DNA of 44,144 nucleotides from Caldilineae bacterium (GCA_037446815.1 JBBIHX010000009.1:1-44144); one strand, 5' to 3'. Counted from the stretch's first letter, positions 8,993 through 18,938 are shown. Notes: generated by a model not told the origin, from the letters alone. Made by a program: numbers and translations.

Positions 8993-9966
8993 CGCTCCCC
9001 TCCTTGGCGGTATCGCAGGCTTTCCAGCCGATCTCGTCCCACCAGGTCCATGTACTCCTCGTGATTCTTCGGGCCGTAGACGTACTTCTGGAGATACGCC
9101 TGGGCCGTGTCGGGCTGCTCCATCTCCTTGACCCACTCGCGGATGAGTTCTTCGTCCCTGCGGTAGACATAACACATTTCGCCGGGGTGAGACCCGAAGG
9201 GCGCATGTACCACGGCGTCCACCAGGTAGTAGGGAATGGCGGTGCGGTCGGGGCGCTTGCGGATTTCGTCGGTGGGGATGATTTCCTCGGCGCTGACGAT
9301 GAGGCGCTTGCACGCGCGCGCCATCTCTACCGCGAACCCCGCGATGCCGTCAATCTGGCAGTTGCCGTAGCGGTCGGCGCGGTGCACATGGATGAAGCCC
9401 ACGTCCAGGATGAGGGCGGGGAGCAGGGCGACCTTCTCGCCGGTGAAGGGGCACTCCACCACCTTCGCCGCGCTATACTTGAGCGTGTCGGAGCCGAGCA
9501 TGGAGCGGACGGGGATGAAGGGCACGCCCATGGCGGCGGCCTTGAACCGCCAGGTGATGCCGCCGTTGGACCACTCCACGACCTGCTGCACGCGCCCGCT
9601 TTCCACCTCGCGGCGGAGGTTGGCCGAGATGCCGTACACCTCGTTGCCGATGTAGGTGATGTCTAGCGCGCGGACGCGACCGGTGGCCAGGAGGATGTCC
9701 AGTTCCATCACGCCCTGGCCGGCGACGCGGAGGTCTTTGTACCCCTGGCGGATGAGTTCGCGAACGAGGGACATGGGGCAGCGGACGGTGCCGTAGAGTT
9801 CGGTGCCAATGTACGCGCCGTCAAACATGAAGCGGGAGATTGCCTCGTGCTCCGACATGACTTTGTCCACAAGGGCCTTGGTCTTGTGTTTGCGATTCCA
9901 CTCTCGGAAGGCGTTCATGTCGGGCGGCTGGATGAGCGGGCCGATACCAGATTCTACTACGTGCAT
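8989..9966 (-). CDS. Family I CoA-transferase alpha subunit (GctA-like)
   Basis: EWSN, AAAMGVPFIP, IHVHRADRYGN, VVHAPFGSHP. Confidence 0.88.
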   Translation of the reverse strand: MHVVESGIGPLIQPPDMNAFREWNRKHKTKALVDKVMSEHEAISRFMFDGAYIGTELYGTVRCPMSLVRELIRQGYKDLRVAGQGVMELDILLATGRVRALDITYIGNEVYGISANLRREVESGRVQQVVEWSNGGITWRFKAAAMGVPFIPVRSMLGSDTLKYSAAKVVECPFTGEKVALLPALILDVGFIHVHRADRYGNCQIDGIAGFAVEMARACKRLIVSAEEIIPTDEIRKRPDRTAIPYYLVDAVVHAPFGSHPGEMCYVYRRDEELIREWVKEMEQPDTAQAYLQKYVYGPKNHEEYMDLVGRDRLESLRYRQGGER

Positions 9967-10100
9967 GGTTCGCCTCCTTTGCTGATAGCCAGTCCGTTCT
10001 GGCGGTGCCGTTCATGCCAAGCAGTATGACCTGGTTGTTCAGGCGACGTGCCGCGACCGGCGCGGCAGGGCACTCGGGCCAGGCCCAGGACCGCGGGCCG

Positions 10101-10862
10101 CTAGAGATGCGTTTGGAACCACTCGGTGGATGCGGCAATCACCTCCTCTTCCCACGCCACGGATGAGAATGTGTGGTCGGCGCCATGGATCATGCGCAGC
10201 GACTTGGGGCCGCTGAGCGCTTGCATGTACTCGTGCGCGCTTTCGGGGGGCACGGCGTCGTCGGCGGTGCCGTGGACGACGAGCGTTGGCCCGGCGAAGC
10301 GGCGGATTTCGTCCAGCGGGCGAACGGCCATGACTTCGCGCATGAAGGCGTGGCCGACGACAAGGCCGCCGATGTCCAGGCCCGTGGGCTGGGGAACCGG
10401 CGGCCGCGGGGAATTGGCCGCGCCCTTGGTCAGCACCTCGGCAAGGTTGGACGGCGCGGCCCATAGCACAAGGGCGCGGACACGCGGGTCGCGGCCCGCA
10501 AGGCACGCTGCGATGAGTCCGCCCAGGCTGAGGCCCAACACGGCGACGCGGGCCTTGTCTATTTCGGGCTGGGCGCTTAGCCAGTCCAGGGCGGCCACGG
10601 CGTCGGAGATTTCGCCTTCAATGGTCATGTCAGCGAAGTCGCCTTCGCTCTCGCCCGAGCCGCGGAAGTCAAAGCGGAGCGCGGCGATGCCATGCCGTGC
10701 GAGATGCCGGGCCTGTTTGGTGAAGATGAAGTGGGATTCGCTACGGTGGCCTGTGAAGCCGTGGAGCATGATGGCGGCAGGGAACGGCCCTGGGCCCTCG
10801 GGGAGATGGAGCATGCCGTACAGGTTCTGCCCCTGATTCTGAAAGACGACCGGTTTCTCCAT
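10101..10862 (-). CDS. Alpha/beta hydrolase
   Basis: HGFTG, FDFRGSGESEG, GLSLGG nucleophile elbow, HGTAD, GADH. Confidence 0.92.
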   Translation of the reverse strand: MEKPVVFQNQGQNLYGMLHLPEGPGPFPAAIMLHGFTGHRSESHFIFTKQARHLARHGIAALRFDFRGSGESEGDFADMTIEGEISDAVAALDWLSAQPEIDKARVAVLGLSLGGLIAACLAGRDPRVRALVLWAAPSNLAEVLTKGAANSPRPPVPQPTGLDIGGLVVGHAFMREVMAVRPLDEIRRFAGPTLVVHGTADDAVPPESAHEYMQALSGPKSLRMIHGADHTFSSVAWEEEVIAASTEWFQTHL

Positions 10863-10938
10863 CCGCAGCCCCTCCACAATGGAAGTGTCGTCTCCGGCGA
10901 GGAGATGCCCTGCTCCGCACCGGCGGGTGGCGGCGCGC

Positions 10939-11871
10939 CTAGTCGCTATCGGGCGATGCCGCCCTCGCCTGGTAGAGCATGATCTCCGCCTTTTCCAGGA
11001 GTTGCTCTGCCGAGTCGGCCTGCTCGGGGAAGTGGGCCAGGCCGACGAGAAGCCGCCGCTCGCGGGTTGGGTCTGCGCCGCTCGCCAGATAGTCGGCCTG
11101 CACCTTCTCGGCGATGGCCCGTGCGTCTTCGGGAGCCACCATCGGCAGAATGGCGACGACCTCGCCGGCGCTGTATCGGCCCACGATGATGTCCTCGTTG
11201 TTCTGCTGTCGGAAGGCGGCGGCAAGCGCCCTCGCCTCTTTGTCCAGCGCGGCCAGGCGATTGTCGGCGGCGTCGCTCTGCGCTTCTATGCTGGCGAGGA
11301 ACAAGGCGACGGGATAATCGTGGCGGGCGGCGCGGACGCATTCGCGTTGCAGCAATTCCAGCATGTACTGCCGATTGTAGAGGTCGGTGCCTGGGTCGCG
11401 CGTCGCGAGGTAGTAGGCATCGTCGGAGGCGCCTTGCTCGCCGAAGTCCATGTACCGGACGCGGAACACGGTGTCGCCGACGCGAAGCAGGTCGCCGTCC
11501 TTGAGTTCGGCGCGCTCAATCTGCTCCTCGTTGACGAAGGTGCCATTGCTGCTATCCAAATCTACGACGACCGCGCCGCGCTCTTCCAGGACGATTTTGC
11601 AGTGTTGGCGCGAGACCTTGCTGTCCCACAGGCGGAGGCCGGCGCCCACCTGGCGCCCCAGGATGGTCTCGGCCTCGCGGATGATGAAGGCGCGGGAAAG
11701 CCCCCCGCCGATGAGCGGGATGAGCCACACGGCGCGCACGGGCTGCGCCCTCGGGATGTCGGTGCGCGAGATCATGATGGTCTGCTCCAGAGGCGGCGCG
11801 GTGAGTTTGCGGGGACGCCGAATGGTGGATGCGTCTGCCTGCCGTCGGGGATCGTACCCTATCAGAGCCAT
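10939..11871 (-). CDS. FHA domain + degenerate GGDEF domain protein
   Basis: FHA motifs GR, VSRQH, DLDSSNGTFVN; DPGTDLYNR; RYSAGEV in place of RYGGEEF. Confidence 0.85.
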   Translation of the reverse strand: MALIGYDPRRQADASTIRRPRKLTAPPLEQTIMISRTDIPRAQPVRAVWLIPLIGGGLSRAFIIREAETILGRQVGAGLRLWDSKVSRQHCKIVLEERGAVVVDLDSSNGTFVNEEQIERAELKDGDLLRVGDTVFRVRYMDFGEQGASDDAYYLATRDPGTDLYNRQYMLELLQRECVRAARHDYPVALFLASIEAQSDAADNRLAALDKEARALAAAFRQQNNEDIIVGRYSAGEVVAILPMVAPEDARAIAEKVQADYLASGADPTRERRLLVGLAHFPEQADSAEQLLEKAEIMLYQARAASPDSD

Positions 11872-11946
11872 GGCGAATCGCTCCTTGTCGCAGTTTCAGG
11901 GCGATTATAGCATGTTCTTTGCAGCCTGCAAAGCGACCGGGGGTTG

Positions 11947-12096
11947 AAGTCGGTTTCATCTTGTGTTGGTGAAACGCATGGGCACTCTCCCCGTGTGTCG
12001 TTGCGAGCGAAGCGAAGCAACCTCACGCCCCAGAGATTGCTTCGGGCGCGGAGCGCCCTCGCAATGACAAATGCCAACAGACTTTGGAACCGAATC
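11947..12096. mobile_element. MITE copy 3 (150 bp)
   Basis: TIRs and core present; perfect 8-bp TSD GGGGGTTG at 11939-11946 and 12097-12104. Confidence 0.9.
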
Positions 12097-12104
12097 GGGG
12101 GTTG

Positions 12105-12280
12105 TATCCACGGATAACACGGATGGGGCGGATAGGGGCTTGAGATTCTTCGCGGCTTTGCCGCTCAGAATGACAGCAGGCCAACCGTCATGCTGAGCCG
12201 AAGGCGATACGCCCTCGCCCATCGGGAGAGGGCTGGGGTGAGGGGCGAGATTCTCCGCGGCTTCGCCGCTCGGAATGACG
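12105..12280. repeat. CACGGAT repeats plus a free type-B REP-like palindrome
   Basis: 12187-12279 is a near reverse complement of the cargo in MITE copy 1 (453-545), but has no TIRs. Confidence 0.75.
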
Positions 12281-12375
12281 GGCGCCGAGGTGTCGCAGGG
12301 GATTGCCCGCACGCAAGCCTTCTTTGACGCGCGCGGCGTTTCAATATACTATTGGCGGGCGCGGAGGCAGACGCC

Positions 12376-12783
12376 ATGGGGTTGGCATCCTTGCCGTTTG
12401 AGGAAATCTACACGCGGGTGTATGAGATCGTCGCGCTCATCCCGCGCGGGCGCGTGGCGACCTACGGCCAGGTCGCACACATCGTCGGCCCGCCCTGCAC
12501 GGCGCGGATGGCCGGGTGGGCGCTGCGAGCCATGCCGTCGGGCCTGGATATCCCGTGGCATCGGGTCATCAACGCGCGCGGCGAGATCAGCACCGAGTTC
12601 CGAGAGGCAGAGGCCAATCTCCAGCGCAGACTCCTGGAGGCCGAAGGGATAACGTTTGACGCGCGAGGCCGCACGGACCTGCGCCGATTCCAGTGGGAAG
12701 GGCCCGATAAGGAGTGGCGTATCGCGCACGGGTATCCGGTTGCCGATGAGGACGAAGGGCCTCGGCAGTTGGCGCTCCTTTGA
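12376..12783 (+). CDS. Alkyltransferase-like protein (Atl/YbaZ, MGMT family)
   Basis: IPRGRVATYGQVA and PWHRVINARG (Trp in place of the catalytic Cys); RBS GGAGG. Confidence 0.9.
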   Translation: MGLASLPFEEIYTRVYEIVALIPRGRVATYGQVAHIVGPPCTARMAGWALRAMPSGLDIPWHRVINARGEISTEFREAEANLQRRLLEAEGITFDARGRTDLRRFQWEGPDKEWRIAHGYPVADEDEGPRQLALL

Positions 12784-12835
12784 GCCGCACTCTCCGCTGT
12801 TCAGCATCTTCTCGTGATTCCCACAACAAGGGGGT

Positions 12836-13714
12836 ATGACGGTGGTTGTCGCGTCTGGGCACAGAATTGACATAACGCTAGCACAGAAACAGCGTTCCCT
12901 GCGGGAGCTGCTCCGAAGCATGGGATCCGTGCTCGTGGCGTTTTCGGGCGGCACGGACAGCACGTACCTGCTTGCCGAGAGCGTCTCGGCCCTTGGGGTA
13001 GACAACGTCCTGGCCGTTACGGCGGAGGCGCCGATTCACCCTCGGCGCGAGATTCGGGAGGCGATAGCGTTGGCGGAACGCCTGGGGAGCCGCCACGTGG
13101 TGCTCCGGTTGCCGGTGCTGGGCGACGCGCAGTTCGTCGCCAATCCGCCGGAACGGTGCTATTACTGCAAGCGGGGGCTGCTGGCGCGGCTGGCCGAACT
13201 GGCGCGCGACCGCGGGCTGGCGTTTGTGGTGCACGGGGCCAACGCCGATGACGCTGCCGACTATCGGCCAGGCCAACGCGCGGCGGATGAGATGGGCGTC
13301 CGCGCGCCGCTGGCCGAAGTGGGGCTGACGAAGGCGGAGATTCGGGCGTTGTCCCGCGCCATGGGCCTGCCCACCTGGGACAAGCCCTCCCAGGCGTGTT
13401 TGGCCTCCCGTTTCCCGTATGGCACGCGCATCGCCGAGGACGATTTGGCGCGGGTGGAGCGCGCCGAGGAGTTCCTGCGCTCGGAATTCGGGTTGCGGCA
13501 GGTCAGGGTGCGGCATTTCGGGGCGCTGGCCAAGATAGAGTGCGAGCCTGGCGCCTGGCCCGCGCTGCTGGAGGAGGAGGCCCGAGAGCGCGTGCTTCGC
13601 GCGTTCAGGAATCTGGGATATGTTCACGTCGCGCTGGATTTGGCAGGCTATCGGTCGGGCAGCATGAATGAGATGCTGTCGGTTCGGGAGGAAGACTCGG
13701 ATGGACGGGCTTGA
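12836..13714 (+). CDS. larE: LarE-type ATP-dependent sulfur transferase
   Basis: PP-loop SGGTDS, RCYYCK, DYRPG, WDKPSQACLASRFPYG, GYRSGSMN. Confidence 0.9.
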   Translation: MTVVVASGHRIDITLAQKQRSLRELLRSMGSVLVAFSGGTDSTYLLAESVSALGVDNVLAVTAEAPIHPRREIREAIALAERLGSRHVVLRLPVLGDAQFVANPPERCYYCKRGLLARLAELARDRGLAFVVHGANADDAADYRPGQRAADEMGVRAPLAEVGLTKAEIRALSRAMGLPTWDKPSQACLASRFPYGTRIAEDDLARVERAEEFLRSEFGLRQVRVRHFGALAKIECEPGAWPALLEEEARERVLRAFRNLGYVHVALDLAGYRSGSMNEMLSVREEDSDGRA

Positions 13715-14429
13715 GTTCGCAACCCCTGACTTCTTTCGGGATGACCGCAAGGGCGCTCCGGAGGTCATCCTGGCGAGCACGAAGACCGCGGAGCAGTGCC
13801 TGGCGATTGCCCAGGCGTTTCTGCGAGCGCGGGGGCGGGCCATCTTGAGCCGCGTTTCGCCGGAACTGGAGGCGCGCTTGCGGGTGGAATTCGCGCCGCA
13901 ACCCGACCCCGCCAACCCGCAACAGCCGTGGTTGGAATGGGACGGGAAGGCGCGCGCCGCCGTCCTGCGCAGGGCAGGCGGAGAGGTAAGGGCTTCGGGC
14001 GGGCGAGTGGGCGTCATCACGGCGGGCACGTCCGACATCCCAATCGCCGCGGAGGCGGCGCTGGTGTGCCGCGAGATGGGGTGCGAGGTGTTCAGTGCCT
14101 ATGACGTTGGGGTGGCCGGCCTGCATCGGCTGTTTGAGCCGCTGCGAGCCCTTGTGCGGGACGCGCAAGTGGATGTCATCATCGTGGCCGCGGGAATGGA
14201 TGGCGCGCTGCCGTCGGTGGTGGCGGGGTTGGTGGACGTGCCCGTCATCGGGTTGCCCACCTCGGTGGGGTACGGTTTCGGCGGCGGGGGCGTCGGCGCG
14301 CTGACCTCCATGTTGCAGACGTGCGCGCCGGGCCTGGCCGTGGTGAACATTGACAACGGCGTGGGGGCCGGCGTCATGGCGGGCCTCATCGCGAATCGCG
14401 TGGCGGCGGCCAGGCGCCAAGGGGGTTGA
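13701..14429 (+). CDS. larB: Nickel pincer cofactor biosynthesis protein LarB
   Basis: TAGTSD, DVGVAGLHRL, AGMDGALPS, PTSVGYG, VVNIDNG. Confidence 0.93.
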   Translation: MDGLEFATPDFFRDDRKGAPEVILASTKTAEQCLAIAQAFLRARGRAILSRVSPELEARLRVEFAPQPDPANPQQPWLEWDGKARAAVLRRAGGEVRASGGRVGVITAGTSDIPIAAEAALVCREMGCEVFSAYDVGVAGLHRLFEPLRALVRDAQVDVIIVAAGMDGALPSVVAGLVDVPVIGLPTSVGYGFGGGGVGALTSMLQTCAPGLAVVNIDNGVGAGVMAGLIANRVAAARRQGG

Positions 14430-14430
14430 C

Positions 14431-15621
14431 ATGGGGCGGGTGGCGTATTTTGACTGCTTTTCGGGGGCCAGCGGCGACATGTTGGTGGCCTCGCTTGTGG
14501 ACGCAGGCGTTCCGCTTGACGGGCTTCTGGCGGCGCTGCGGGCGTTGCCGGTCAGCGGCTACACGATTGAGGCGACGGGCGTTGTGCGCAACGGAATCGC
14601 CGGCGCTCGGTTTGAGGTCCGCGTGGATGAGCACGACCAGCCCCACCGCCATCTCGCGGAGATTGAGGCGCTCATCCGCGAGGCGGGCGACGCGTTGCCC
14701 GTCCGCGCCAGGGAGCGCGCCATCGCCATCTTTCGCCGATTGGCCCGCGCGGAAGCCAGGGTTCACGGCACGACGCCCGAAGACGTGCATTTTCACGAAG
14801 TGGGCGCGGTGGATAGCATCGTGGACATCGTGGGGTTTGCTGTGGCCCTGGAGTTGGCGGGTGTGGACGGGGTGTACGCGTCGCCGTTGCCCTTGGGGAG
14901 GGGATTCGTGCGCACGGCGCATGGGATTCTTCCGCTGCCCGCGCCGGCCACGCTGGAGGTTTTGGCCGAGGCAGGCGTGCCGACGTACTCGGTGGACGTG
15001 GAGGGAGAAACAGTAACGCCCACCGGCGCCGCGATCCTCGCCGAGGTGGCGCGTTTCAAGCAGCCTGACATGCGCATCGGCCGAGTCGGGTACGGGTTCG
15101 GCAAGTACGAAGGGTTCCCGTGGCCGAACGCGGTCCGTGCCTGGCTGGGCGAGGCGAGGGACAACGCCCACGAGCGCGTGGTGTTGCTGGAGTGCAATCT
15201 GGACAACGTTACGGGCGAGGCGCTGGGGTACGCCATGGAGCGGCTTTTCGCGGACGGCGCGCTGGATGTGTGGTTCACGCCGATTCAGATGAAGAAGAAT
15301 CGTCCCGGCGTCGTCCTTTCGGTCATCGCTGCGCCGGAGAACGCGGAGGCCCTGGCCCAAGTGGTATTGCGCGAGACGCCCACGCTGGGGCTGCGCTGGC
15401 AGGAGGTGGAGCGGCGCACGGCGGAGCGACGCATGGAGATGGCGCGGACGCCATGGGGCGACGTGCGGGTGAAGGTCAAGATGCTGGACGGCGAGATCGT
15501 CCTGCGCAGGCCCGAGTACGAAGATTGCGCGCGCATTGCCCGCGAACACCACGTACCCCTTGAGGAGGTGTGGCGCGTGGCGCTGGCATTGGAATCCCCG
15601 GACTCGGAGCCCGGCATCTAG
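14431..15621 (+). CDS. larC: Nickel insertion protein LarC
   Basis: DCFSGASGDM, HFHEVGAVDSIVDI, HGILPLPAPAT, TPTGAA, MKKNRPG, PEYEDC. Confidence 0.95.
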   Translation: MGRVAYFDCFSGASGDMLVASLVDAGVPLDGLLAALRALPVSGYTIEATGVVRNGIAGARFEVRVDEHDQPHRHLAEIEALIREAGDALPVRARERAIAIFRRLARAEARVHGTTPEDVHFHEVGAVDSIVDIVGFAVALELAGVDGVYASPLPLGRGFVRTAHGILPLPAPATLEVLAEAGVPTYSVDVEGETVTPTGAAILAEVARFKQPDMRIGRVGYGFGKYEGFPWPNAVRAWLGEARDNAHERVVLLECNLDNVTGEALGYAMERLFADGALDVWFTPIQMKKNRPGVVLSVIAAPENAEALAQVVLRETPTLGLRWQEVERRTAERRMEMARTPWGDVRVKVKMLDGEIVLRRPEYEDCARIAREHHVPLEEVWRVALALESPDSEPGI

Positions 15622-16967
15622 AGTCTGAGGATCGCCCTCGCAATGGTGAAATAGATAAACAGACCTGTGGCGTCCACCAGCGTGCTCATGACCGGTCCGG
15701 ATACCACGGTTGGGTCTATGCGCAGTTTGTGGGCGATGATGGGCAGGAGCGCGCCCAGGCTGTTGGCCCACAGGACGATAACCCAGATGCTCACGGCTAC
15801 TGCAAGTGCGACCCACACCGTTGTGCCCCACGTGAGGGCGCGCAAGAATGCCACGGCGGCCATCATGGCGCCCAGCACAAGTCCAACTCGTGCCTCATGC
15901 CAGTATACCCTGAGGATATCTTTGGCATCCACATCGCCGATGGCCAGGGCGCGGATGATGGTACTTGTGGTCTGCGAGCCGGAGTTGCCGCCCGTGCCGA
16001 TAAGCAGGGGGACGAAGAAGGCCAGCGACACGACATGGCTAAGCGTAGACTCAAAGTGGCGCAAGACCGAGCCGGTGAAGGTCTCAGTGATGAACAGGAG
16101 CAGCAGCCACCCGAGCCTCTTGCGGGCCACCCAAGTTACTGCGGTGGATAGGTAGGGCTTGTCCAGAGGTTGGGCACCACCGAATCGCTGGATGTCCTCG
16201 GTGGCCTCTTCTTCCAGGATATCGGCGACCTCGTCGTAGGCGATGATGCCGAGGAGGTGATTCTCATGGTCTACGACAGGGAGCCCCAGCAGGTCGTACC
16301 GCGTCATCAGGTGGGCCGCCTCTTCCTGGTCTGCATCCGCACGGATGGAGATGACGTCGCGGTTCATGATGTCTCGGATGCGGGCGTGCGGGTCTGCGAC
16401 GATGAGTTCGCGCAGGCTCACCACCCCCACCAGGTGCTTTTCATCGTCCACGACGAAGAGGTAGTAGACGGTCTCGGAATCTGGGGCGATCTTTCGCACG
16501 TGCCGAATCGCCTCGTCGGCCGTCATGCGCTCGTGGAGGACAACATCCGGGGGCGCCATGAGGCCGCCGGCGGTGTCGTCTTCGTGGGCGAGCAATGGAA
16601 GGACCTCGCGCGCGTCCTCCATTTCCTTCAGCACGGCGGCTGCAGTCGCATCGGGGAGATCGCCCAGGAGGTCGGCCGCCTCGTCCGGCTCCATTTCATC
16701 CACGATGTCGGCTAGGGTGTCTACCGGCAACTTCTGCGCCAGTTCGGCGGCCTCTTCGTCCTCCAGTTCCTCCAGGATGTCTGCCGAATCCTCCGTGTCC
16801 ATCTGGGGGAGCAGGGTTTCCTGGTGTTCCGGCGACAGTTCCTCAAACACGTCGGCCTGGTCTGGCGCGTTGAGGGACTCCAGCACGCGGATAGCGGCCT
16901 GGATGTCGTTGGCTTCCAGGAGCGCCCGCACGGTGCGGAGCGCGGCATCTACGCGGCTCTCTTCCAT
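15618..16967 (-). CDS. mgtE: Magnesium transporter MgtE
   Basis: Acidic N domain, CBS pair, GTGGNSGSQ, IDPTVVSGP, TLVDATG; RBS AGGAGG. Confidence 0.95.
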   Translation of the reverse strand: MEESRVDAALRTVRALLEANDIQAAIRVLESLNAPDQADVFEELSPEHQETLLPQMDTEDSADILEELEDEEAAELAQKLPVDTLADIVDEMEPDEAADLLGDLPDATAAAVLKEMEDAREVLPLLAHEDDTAGGLMAPPDVVLHERMTADEAIRHVRKIAPDSETVYYLFVVDDEKHLVGVVSLRELIVADPHARIRDIMNRDVISIRADADQEEAAHLMTRYDLLGLPVVDHENHLLGIIAYDEVADILEEEATEDIQRFGGAQPLDKPYLSTAVTWVARKRLGWLLLLFITETFTGSVLRHFESTLSHVVSLAFFVPLLIGTGGNSGSQTTSTIIRALAIGDVDAKDILRVYWHEARVGLVLGAMMAAVAFLRALTWGTTVWVALAVAVSIWVIVLWANSLGALLPIIAHKLRIDPTVVSGPVMSTLVDATGLFIYFTIARAILRL

Positions 16968-17074
16968 TGGCTCACCTCCTTTCTGGGTTGGAGACGAAAA
17001 CAAAAGCCGAAACACCTGGCCCCAGGGGTGCTGGGCTATCGGTTGGATAGATGCCAAGCGTATCGGCTGGTCAA

Positions 17075-17103
17075 ATGCTACTGCGAAATGCGCTTGTTGT
17101 CAA
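17075..17103 (-). promoter_or_regulatory. mgtE promoter
   Basis: Minus strand TTGACA-17 nt-TAGCAT. Confidence 0.7.
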
Positions 17104-17133
17104 AAAACACGCGGGCGCGATGGTGAGCCCGCG
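17102..17133 (-). terminator. Intrinsic terminator of the upstream small-gene operon
   Basis: CGCGGGC/GCCCGCG stem followed by a U-tract on the minus strand. Confidence 0.6.
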
Positions 17134-17149
17134 CCGCTCGCCGACGGCG

Positions 17150-17389
17150 CTATCGGCTTGCGCCGCGCCTCTTGGCGACGCCCTTCTGCCTGACCGAGCG
17201 GATCTGCCGTATGAAGGAGAAAGCGGCGCGGGCGATGGCGAGGCCCTCCACAAGGCCGATGCCCGCCAACAGCGAAGGGGTTTCCTCCTCGCCGGGCTCT
17301 TTGGGGGGCGCCAGCAGGTAGGCGACGGTAGCGCCCAAGAGTCCTCCGATGAGGGTTCCGGCAAAAACCACACGTTCCCGTTTAGACAT
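17150..17389 (-). CDS. Small YtxH-like membrane protein
   Basis: GTLIGGLLGATVAYLLAP pattern; RBS AGGAGG; overlaps the upstream stop. Confidence 0.65.
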   Translation of the reverse strand: MSKRERVVFAGTLIGGLLGATVAYLLAPPKEPGEEETPSLLAGIGLVEGLAIARAAFSFIRQIRSVRQKGVAKRRGASR

Positions 17390-17681
17390 GCGAGTTCCTC
17401 CTTGCGGAGCCGCCCAGGGCGCGCCAGGCTGCACGGATGCGTGCGGCCGTCGCCCCGCCCTGGACGAACGGGGCGATGGCTATCCTGCTGCTGCGCCGGA
17501 CGACAGCCTGCGTTTGATTTACATAATACAAAGCGGGGCGCGTGATGCGCGGAAGGTGGGCCTTGAGCCAGAGCACGCCGCGGATGGCGAAGTAACATGC
17601 CGCGCCCGCGATGAGGACGCCGCAGAATGCCTCCACCGCGAGCAGCACAATCGCAATGTCCCGCCAAGTACCTAGGTTCAT
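17382..17681 (-). CDS. Small single-pass membrane protein
   Basis: N-terminal TM helix, RBS AAGGAGG, operon coupling. Confidence 0.65.
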   Translation of the reverse strand: MNLGTWRDIAIVLLAVEAFCGVLIAGAACYFAIRGVLWLKAHLPRITRPALYYVNQTQAVVRRSSRIAIAPFVQGGATAARIRAAWRALGGSARRNSHV

Positions 17682-17730
17682 GATTCCCTCCTTGGCGTCT
17701 GTCCCCTATGCAGCGACAACTGCGCTCGGC

Positions 17731-18024
17731 CTACAGAATCTCAATCTCGTAATCCAGGAGTTCCACATCCCAGTGGCCGTGTTCCACCATCCGAACGACG
17801 GCGGTGAGCAGGCCGTGGGCGTGGTCGGCGGCAGTGCTCACGGTTACGATGCCCAGGGTGGCCAATTGCCACGCGTCCTGCGTGTCCACCTCTGCGACGG
17901 CCACGTTGAAGTCCTTTCGGATGTGCGCGATGATGGACTGGACGGTGTGGCGCTTTCCCTTGAGCGAGCCGTTGTCCGGCAATCGCAATTGCAGGCGGCA
18001 TGTCCCGACGATCACGATACCCAT
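17731..18024 (-). CDS. DUF503 family protein
   Basis: SLKGKR…FNVAVAEVDTQDAWQ signature. Confidence 0.88.
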   Translation of the reverse strand: MGIVIVGTCRLQLRLPDNGSLKGKRHTVQSIIAHIRKDFNVAVAEVDTQDAWQLATLGIVTVSTAADHAHGLLTAVVRMVEHGHWDVELLDYEIEIL

Positions 18025-18869
18025 CCTACCGGTGTTGGGGCCGATTCCCTGCGACGATGCGCGCGGAGGCGAATGTCGGCATAGTTCTCGGCGCGCAGGC
18101 GATGCGCGGTGGCCGTCTCTTCGTGCGACAGGTCGCCTTCCACGAGCCGCACGTTCAGCACGTCCGCGATGCCTCGGCATAGGGCCGTGGCGGCCTCGGC
18201 AAAGGACACGCGCCGCCCCAGCGCCTGCTCCACAGTCGTGGCCGTTGCCCGCAGTCGCTGGCGCATGGCCTCTCGCGCGGCATCCGCCAGGCTCAGGAAG
18301 TCCACGATGGCGGCCACGTCGCCGTGGAGCGGCAGCGAACCGTGCTGGAGCAGGGCCGTTCGGGTGCGGAACTGGGCGCTGCCCAGGAGTTTGCGCCCCC
18401 CGACGGTGATCTCGTATCCGGCCAGCGTCTCAAAGCAGGCCGGGGCGGCCTCGGGCTCGGCCTTTCGGGGCAGCGCGCGCTCCACGGCCAGGCCCAGGCC
18501 GCGCAAGCCCTCGGCCAGCCCGTCGCTGAGCCGCCTGTACGATTCCACGATGTCCCCCGCCGCGCGCGGGTCGCTCAGCGGGAGGCTGATGCTGTAGGTG
18601 AGTTCGTTCTGGTGGAGGATGGCGCGCCCACCGGTCGGGCGGCGCACGCAGGTGTGGCCGGCCCGGTCGCAGGCCGCCACGTCCACGTCGGCGTCGGGTT
18701 GGCCGCGGCCCAGCGACAGGCAGGGCGGCTCCCACTCGTAGAAGCGCAAGGTGGGGGGGCTATCGCCGCGCCCGACGGCGGTCGCGATGGCCTCATCTAT
18801 GGCCATGTTCCATGCGCCGTCGCGCGCCTCATGTATGATTAGCCGCCAGGTTGCCGCCGGATACACCAT
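18012..18869 (-). CDS. Lipoate-protein ligase A family (LipM-like octanoyltransferase)
   Basis: NMAIDEA, LRFYEW, RRPTGGRAILH, ELTYS, KLLGSAQ, QHGS. Confidence 0.92.
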   Translation of the reverse strand: MVYPAATWRLIIHEARDGAWNMAIDEAIATAVGRGDSPPTLRFYEWEPPCLSLGRGQPDADVDVAACDRAGHTCVRRPTGGRAILHQNELTYSISLPLSDPRAAGDIVESYRRLSDGLAEGLRGLGLAVERALPRKAEPEAAPACFETLAGYEITVGGRKLLGSAQFRTRTALLQHGSLPLHGDVAAIVDFLSLADAAREAMRQRLRATATTVEQALGRRVSFAEAATALCRGIADVLNVRLVEGDLSHEETATAHRLRAENYADIRLRAHRRRESAPTPVGWVS

Positions 18870-18895
18870 CGCCTCGCATTGTTCAAGGTGGTGCC

Positions 18896-18924
18896 ATTAT
18901 AGACCAGGGGCAAGGGGGTGTCAA
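18896..18924 (-). promoter_or_regulatory. Consensus sigma70 promoter of the lipoate ligase operon
   Basis: Minus strand perfect TTGACA-17 nt-TATAAT. Confidence 0.8.
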
Positions 18925-18938
18925 CGTGAGCGGGGGCG

